The notes beneath the pieces are model-generated. The model did not search any database. It was not told where the DNA came from and was given only the letters and a program-made list of their open reading frames with translations. This document shows positions 27,505-32,000 of a stretch of 32,000 bases of DNA, piece after piece. How positions within the stretch are numbered: the stretch's first letter is position 1; each line of letters opens with the position of its first letter. The position numbers were made by a program, and so were the translations under genes. Source of the stretch: Lachnospiraceae bacterium (lineage in GTDB: Bacteria; Bacillota; Clostridia; Lachnospirales; Lachnospiraceae); the NCBI GenBank assembly GCA_050944355.1, contig JBMNQX010000003.1, positions 29,136 to 61,135 of the forward strand. The letters are read 5' to 3'.

Positions 27505-29907
27505 TCAGAGACTTACGATCGTCACGCCGGCGTCGCCTTCGCCCGGCTTTCCGATCCGGTAGCCGCGGATATATCCGAGCCCGTCGAGCCAGTTCCAGAT
27601 GCCGGCCCGGAGAGCTCCGGTTCCTTTTCCGTGTACGATGCGGACTTCGCGCAGCCCGGCCAGACTTGCGCTGTCCAGGTATTTCGAAAGCCTGCTGACG
27701 GCCTCGTCGACGGTCATGCCGATGACATTTATCTCAGACGGAACGTTCTGAGACGCCTCCATGCGCAGGGCGCCTGTGTGCACCGCGGATTCACGGTGCT
27801 TGCGCAGAAGCTCTTCGTAGCGGTCTTTCGGCTTCTTTTCCTGGACCTGCGGCGCTTTGTAATTCTCAACCATGGCCACTTCCTTCACCGGAACTGTCAT
27901 GGTCATCGAGCCGATCAGAACTTTCAGCCTTCCTTTCTTGTCCGGAGCCTGTGTGACATCGCCCTCAAGGCCGGAGGAGAGAACGCGCACATGGACACCC
28001 GGCTTGTAGTCCGACGCCGGATGTTTGCGGATCTGTTCGGCCGATTCTTCTGTCTCGGGCTTCTTGTACTTCTCGTTTTTCTTCAGTTTTTCGCGCAGGC
28101 CCTGGCGCGTCTTTTCCATCTCGCGCACATCGGCCCCGTGCCTGTTCAGCTCGCGGATCGACTCGTCCGCATAGGCCTTGGCGTCCGCCAGAATCTTCTC
28201 GGCGTTTTCGTTGGCCCGGCGCAGAATTTTGTCTTTCCGCCGCGCGATGGCCTCGCGCTGTTTTGTCAGCTCTTCCTGGAGTTTTTCGGCCTCGGCTTTG
28301 TAGCGGGCCGCTTCTTCGTGTTCTTTTTCGACCTGACTGCGCGTCTTTTCGAGATCCGACAGCAGGTCCTCGAAACGCACCTGGTCGTCGGAAAGCCGCC
28401 GCTTCGCGTCGTCGAGGATCTCGTCCGGAAGGCCGAGCTTTTTCGAGATGGCAAATGCGTTGCTCTTCCCGGGAATGCCGATCAGAAGACGGTATGTCGG
28501 CGCCAGAGTTTCGACGTCAAATTCACAGCAGGCGTTCGTGATGTCGGGCTCTGAGAGCGCATACGCCTTGAGCTCGCTGTAGTGAGTCGTCGCGATCGTC
28601 TCAATGCCTCTTTCGTGGAGTTTCGCGAGAATGGACATGGCGAGCGCCGCGCCCTCGGTCGGATCGGTTCCCGCACCGATCTCGTCGAAAAGAATCAGAC
28701 AGTGAGAGTCAGCAGCCCTGAGGATGCTGATCGTATTTGTCATGTGGGCGGAAAATGTACTCAGGTTCTGTTCGATGCTCTGCTCGTCGCCGATATCGGC
28801 GTAGATTTCCCGGTATACCGCGATCGTGGAGTGGTCGCCGGCCGGAATCAGCAGGCCGGACTGAGCCATCAGAGTCAGCAGGCCGACTGTCTTCAGCGTC
28901 ACCGTCTTGCCGCCGGTGTTCGGGCCGGTGATGACAAGCTGGTGGAAATCCGTTCCCATGCGGATGTCGATCGGGACGACGCGCTTCGGGTCGATCAGCG
29001 GATGCCTGCCTTTGCGGATGTCGAAAATTCCCTCGTCGTTCAGGGCCGGGGCACTCGCTTTCATGGAGCGCGCCAGAGCGCCCTTGGCAAATATGAGATC
29101 CAGCCGCGTCAGAATCGTGTAGTCCTCTTCGAGAATGTCCGTGTACTGCGCGCATTCCTCCGAGAGAGACTTCAGAATCACGGCGATTTCCTTTTCCTGT
29201 TCCATCGCGTTGGTCTTCAGGTCGTTGTCAAAGCGCACGACGGCCTCCGGTTCGATGAAAAGGGTGGAGCCGGACGCGGACTGGTCGTGGATCATGCCCG
29301 GAACCCTCGAGCGGTACTCTGCCTTGACGGGCAGACAGTAGCGGCCCTGGCGCGTCGTGATGACCGCGTCCTGCAGGCAGCCGCGCAGGGATCCCGTGAG
29401 CATGCGCGTGAGTTCACTGTGAATTTTTTCGTTGATGCGGTCCTGCTCGCGGCGCAGACTGCGCAGTTTCGGGCTGGCGCTGTCAGCCACCTCGTCCTCG
29501 GAGACGATGGCGCGCGTGATGCTGGTACGCAGCGGCTCCAGATCGTCGAGGACGCTCAGCAGTCCGTACAGAGAGTCGGTTTCTTCCTCATAATAGTTTC
29601 TGACGTGTCCGGCACATGCGAGCAGCTCCGCGATTTTAAGCAGCTCTCCGCAGCCGAGCGGCGCATCCGCCTTCAGGCGCCGGAGAGAGCCACGGATGTC
29701 CGTGACGCCCTCAAACGATACTTTCCCTTTGGCGAAAATGCGGCGGAGCGCATCGTCGGTTTCCTTCTGAAGAGCCCGGATCTGCCCGAGATCCGTCAGA
29801 GGCGTCAAGGCCCTGGCTGCGGCCTTGCCCGGCTCGGAATCGGCGAAAGACGCCAGCTTTTCTGTTATCTTTTCGTATTCGAGTGTATGCAGTACTTTTT
29901 TGTTCAT
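27505..29907 (-). CDS. mutS2: Endonuclease MutS2 (800 aa)
   Basis: MutS ATPase core VITGPNTGGKTVTLKTVGLLTLMAQSG, ILFDEIGAGTDPTEGAALA, TIATTHYSELK, and C-terminal Smr domain VRIVHGKGTGALRAGIWNWLDGLGYIRGYR. Confidence 0.96.
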   Translation of the reverse strand: MNKKVLHTLEYEKITEKLASFADSEPGKAAARALTPLTDLGQIRALQKETDDALRRIFAKGKVSFEGVTDIRGSLRRLKADAPLGCGELLKIAELLACAGHVRNYYEEETDSLYGLLSVLDDLEPLRTSITRAIVSEDEVADSASPKLRSLRREQDRINEKIHSELTRMLTGSLRGCLQDAVITTRQGRYCLPVKAEYRSRVPGMIHDQSASGSTLFIEPEAVVRFDNDLKTNAMEQEKEIAVILKSLSEECAQYTDILEEDYTILTRLDLIFAKGALARSMKASAPALNDEGIFDIRKGRHPLIDPKRVVPIDIRMGTDFHQLVITGPNTGGKTVTLKTVGLLTLMAQSGLLIPAGDHSTIAVYREIYADIGDEQSIEQNLSTFSAHMTNTISILRAADSHCLILFDEIGAGTDPTEGAALAMSILAKLHERGIETIATTHYSELKAYALSEPDITNACCEFDVETLAPTYRLLIGIPGKSNAFAISKKLGLPDEILDDAKRRLSDDQVRFEDLLSDLEKTRSQVEKEHEEAARYKAEAEKLQEELTKQREAIARRKDKILRRANENAEKILADAKAYADESIRELNRHGADVREMEKTRQGLREKLKKNEKYKKPETEESAEQIRKHPASDYKPGVHVRVLSSGLEGDVTQAPDKKGRLKVLIGSMTMTVPVKEVAMVENYKAPQVQEKKPKDRYEELLRKHRESAVHTGALRMEASQNVPSEINVIGMTVDEAVSRLSKYLDSASLAGLREVRIVHGKGTGALRAGIWNWLDGLGYIRGYRIGKPGEGDAGVTIVSL

Positions 29908-30026
29908 GTCCTAATAATTCCTGCCCGCACAGGGCAAATTCAAACCCGCGTAAACACTGTAATCATAACAAAAGAAACAAGAAATTTCAGCTGTTCACCG
30001 AGGAAAATGTAAAGATGCGGAGGGTA

Positions 30027-30035
30027 TGCTATAAT
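30027..30035 (+). promoter_or_regulatory. Candidate extended -10 element (TGCTATAAT) for yhaM
   Basis: TATAAT at 30030-30035 preceded by TG at -15/-14; -35 region is weak. Suitable distance to ATG 30060. Confidence 0.55.
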
Positions 30036-30059
30036 CGGTAGACAGAAACGGAGGACAGA

Positions 30060-31046
30060 ATGGTTTACATCAGAGATTTTCAGGAAAACGACAGGATTAC
30101 CGGCACATATCTGGTGCGCACGAAAGCTACCTATCAGTCCAAGAAGGGCAAAGATTATTACAGTCTGACGCTTGCGGACAAAACCGGTACGGTCGATACA
30201 AAAATATGGGACACGGAATCGCCGGCCATCGACGATTTCGAGGCCAACGACTTTGTAAACGTCAGCGGAACGGTCACCGTCTACAACGGAAAACTTCAGT
30301 TCAAGGTCGAGCGGCTCGCGAAAGCCCAGCCGGGCAGCTACAATGCCGCTGACTTTGTCCCGGCGAGCCGCTATCCGATCAAAGATATGTACCAGGAGCT
30401 GCTGCAGTTCGGCGAAAGCGTCCACAATCCGTATATCCGGAAACTTCTGGATTCCTTCTTTGTGGACGACAAAGAATTTGTCAGGACTTTTGCGAAGGGA
30501 TCGGCGGCGCGCACGGTACATCACAGTTTTATGGGCGGGCTGCTCGAGCACACGCTGTCCGTCACGAAGATCTGCGATTTTCTCGCCATGCGCTACGATT
30601 TTCTCGACCGGGATGTGCTGATCGCGTCGGCCATGCTGCACGATGTCGGCAAGACCCGCGAGATGACGCCGTTTCCGCAGGTCGATTACTCCGACGAGGG
30701 CAATCTGCTCGGCCACATCATGATCGGTTTTGAGATGGTCCGCGAGCATATGCGCGCCATCGACGGATTCCCGAAAGATCTGCAGGACGAAATCGGCCAC
30801 TGTATTCTCTCGCATCACGGCCTGCTCGAATACGGCTCACCGGTTCTCCCGAAAACGGCCGAGGCGCTCGCGCTCTCAAAAGCCGACGATCTGGACGCCA
30901 AAATGGAGACGATCCGCGAGGCCCTGAACGTCCGCAGCAGCAGTGACTGGCTTGACGTGAACAGATGGCTCGGCGGCATCCGCGTGCGCCGCACGACCGA
31001 GGACGGCACGGCATATTACCAGGGCGAAGGCGAAGAGGATTCATGA
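30060..31046 (+). CDS. yhaM: 3'-5' exoribonuclease YhaM (OB fold + HD domain)
   Basis: N-terminal OB-like domain (KKGKDYYSLTLADKTGTVDTKIWD) and HD domain (HHSFMGGLLEHTLSVTKICDFLAMRY...LIASAMLHDVGKTREM...ILSHHGLLEYGSPVLPKTAEALALSKADDLDAKME). Confidence 0.93.
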   Translation: MVYIRDFQENDRITGTYLVRTKATYQSKKGKDYYSLTLADKTGTVDTKIWDTESPAIDDFEANDFVNVSGTVTVYNGKLQFKVERLAKAQPGSYNAADFVPASRYPIKDMYQELLQFGESVHNPYIRKLLDSFFVDDKEFVRTFAKGSAARTVHHSFMGGLLEHTLSVTKICDFLAMRYDFLDRDVLIASAMLHDVGKTREMTPFPQVDYSDEGNLLGHIMIGFEMVREHMRAIDGFPKDLQDEIGHCILSHHGLLEYGSPVLPKTAEALALSKADDLDAKMETIREALNVRSSSDWLDVNRWLGGIRVRRTTEDGTAYYQGEGEEDS

Positions 31047-31049
31047 CAA

Positions 31050-32000
31050 ATGTCGGCAGGCAGACATAAGACAACAGATAAACCGCAGAACAGGAAAAGC
31101 AGCAGGCACGGCGGCCCGGAAGGCACTAAGCCCGGCAGCGGGCTCTCAAAGGGCGATGTCGTGACGCTCGACATCACGGCTCTTTCGAGCGACGGCGCCG
31201 GAATCGGCCGGTACGGGGGCCTCACGCTTTTTGTGAAGAGAACCGTCCCCGGCGACTGCGTCCGGGCGCAGATTCTGAACCTCAAAAAATCATACGGTTT
31301 CGCGAAGCTTGTTCAGGTGATCCGGGGCTCTGAGGCCCGCGTGCGCCCGGAGTGCGCGTGTGCGGACAAGTGCGGCGGCTGTCAGATCATGCAGATGACA
31401 TACAGCTCGCAGCTTGCCGCCAAAGAGACGAAAGTGCGCGACGCGCTCACCCGCATCGGCGGTCTCGACCTGACGGACGTGGACTTTTCGCCGATTCTTG
31501 GCATGGACGATCCGCACCGCTACCGCAACAAGGAACAGGTCCCGGTCGGAATCGACGCAGCAGGAAATCCTGTCTTCGGCTTCTATGCCGAGCACAGCCA
31601 CCGCATCGTCCCGATGCCGGGATATGACTGCTTACTCGGCAGCGCCGGCAACGCATATTTTATTAAAGCAATCCGCAGCTGGATTCTGAAGTACAAGATC
31701 CCGGTTTACAGCGAGCAGACGCACACCGGGCTGATCCGCCACGTCCTGATCCGCACGGCGCGTTCCGGCGAGACACTCGTGTGCCTCGTCGCGGCCTCCG
31801 AAAAGATTCCGCACATAGAAGCGCTTGTGAAAAGCCTTCAGGATATCGGCGCGTCGTCCGTGTGCCTCAATGTCCAGCCGGAGCCGAACAACGTTATTCT
31901 CGGCCGCCGCACGGTCACACTCGCCGGCAGCGGCTATATCACAGACACGATCGGAGACATCCGCTTCCGCGTGTCCCCGAACTCATTCTTTCAGGTAAAC
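31050..32000 (+). CDS. rlmD: 23S rRNA (uracil-5-)-methyltransferase RlmD/TrmA family, 5' part (runs off the window)
   Basis: My translation from ATG 31050: MSAGRHKTTDKPQNRKSSRHGGPEGTKPGSGLSKGDVVTLDITALSSDGAGIGRYGGLTLFVKRTVPGDCVRAQI (TRAM domain), CACADKCGGCQIMQMTYSSQLAAKETKVRDALTRIGG (4Fe-4S Cys pattern), RYRNKEQVPVG, VSPNSFFQVN. Absent from the ORF track because no stop lies inside the window. Confidence 0.9.
   Translation, partial: MSAGRHKTTDKPQNRKSSRHGGPEGTKPGSGLSKGDVVTLDITALSSDGAGIGRYGGLTLFVKRTVPGDCVRAQILNLKKSYGFAKLVQVIRGSEARVRPECACADKCGGCQIMQMTYSSQLAAKETKVRDALTRIGGLDLTDVDFSPILGMDDPHRYRNKEQVPVGIDAAGNPVFGFYAEHSHRIVPMPGYDCLLGSAGNAYFIKAIRSWILKYKIPVYSEQTHTGLIRHVLIRTARSGETLVCLVAASEKIPHIEALVKSLQDIGASSVCLNVQPEPNNVILGRRTVTLAGSGYITDTIGDIRFRVSPNSFFQVN

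Noticed and set aside
28582-30012. 476-aa plus-strand open frame opposite mutS2
   Set aside because: mutS2 on the minus strand has intact ATPase and Smr motifs. The antisense frame looks like reverse-complement translation with no motif and no convincing SD.
29940-30818. 292-aa minus-strand open frame opposite yhaM
   Set aside because: YhaM OB and HD motifs are clear on the plus strand; antisense frame judged spurious.
1-32000. Search for CRISPR arrays, IS elements, tRNA/rRNA genes, prophage genes, toxin-antitoxin or defence modules
   Set aside because: No regularly spaced repeats, transposase/integrase motifs, tRNA-like cloverleaf or defence-type genes were recognised by eye; nearly all sequence is accounted for by tightly packed housekeeping genes. 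A database search (Infernal, DefenseFinder, ISfinder) would be needed to exclude them formally.

Overview
Core-genome window from a moderately high-GC Firmicute (Clostridia/Lachnospiraceae-like by protein similarity recalled from memory). It starts inside pth and ends inside an RlmD/TrmA-like RNA methyltransferase gene. In order: pth(partial)-mfd; ilvE; a polar amino-acid ABC transporter (binding protein fused to permease, plus ATPase); a D-lactate/2-hydroxyacid dehydrogenase; a LacI regulator, sucrose-type PTS EIIBCA and GH32 hydrolase operon; a conserved protein weakly resembling ThyX; a minus-strand GltD-like oxidoreductase; hup-rqcP-divIC-tilS-hpt-ftsH; a GH13 enzyme, trmD, AIR-synthase-like, Lrp-like, aminotransferase and membrane-protein cluster; a minus-strand orphan OmpR-family regulator; mutS2 (minus); yhaM; rlmD-like (partial). 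I see no mobile element, CRISPR array, tRNA or rRNA, and no clear multi-gene novel defence or metabolic system. The best second-look items are: (1) the PTS gene is split into two frames exactly at a canonical -1 slippery heptamer A_AAA_AAG, where a -1 slip restores a full-length 631-aa EIIBCA; (2) the orphan OmpR regulator has a degenerate receiver (acidic pair changed to E-S, phosphoacceptor Asp changed to Glu); (3) the gene after scrB encodes a possible divergent ThyX-fold protein lacking the RHR signature; (4) two back-to-back promoters between the GltD-like gene and hup share essentially one -35 hexamer.
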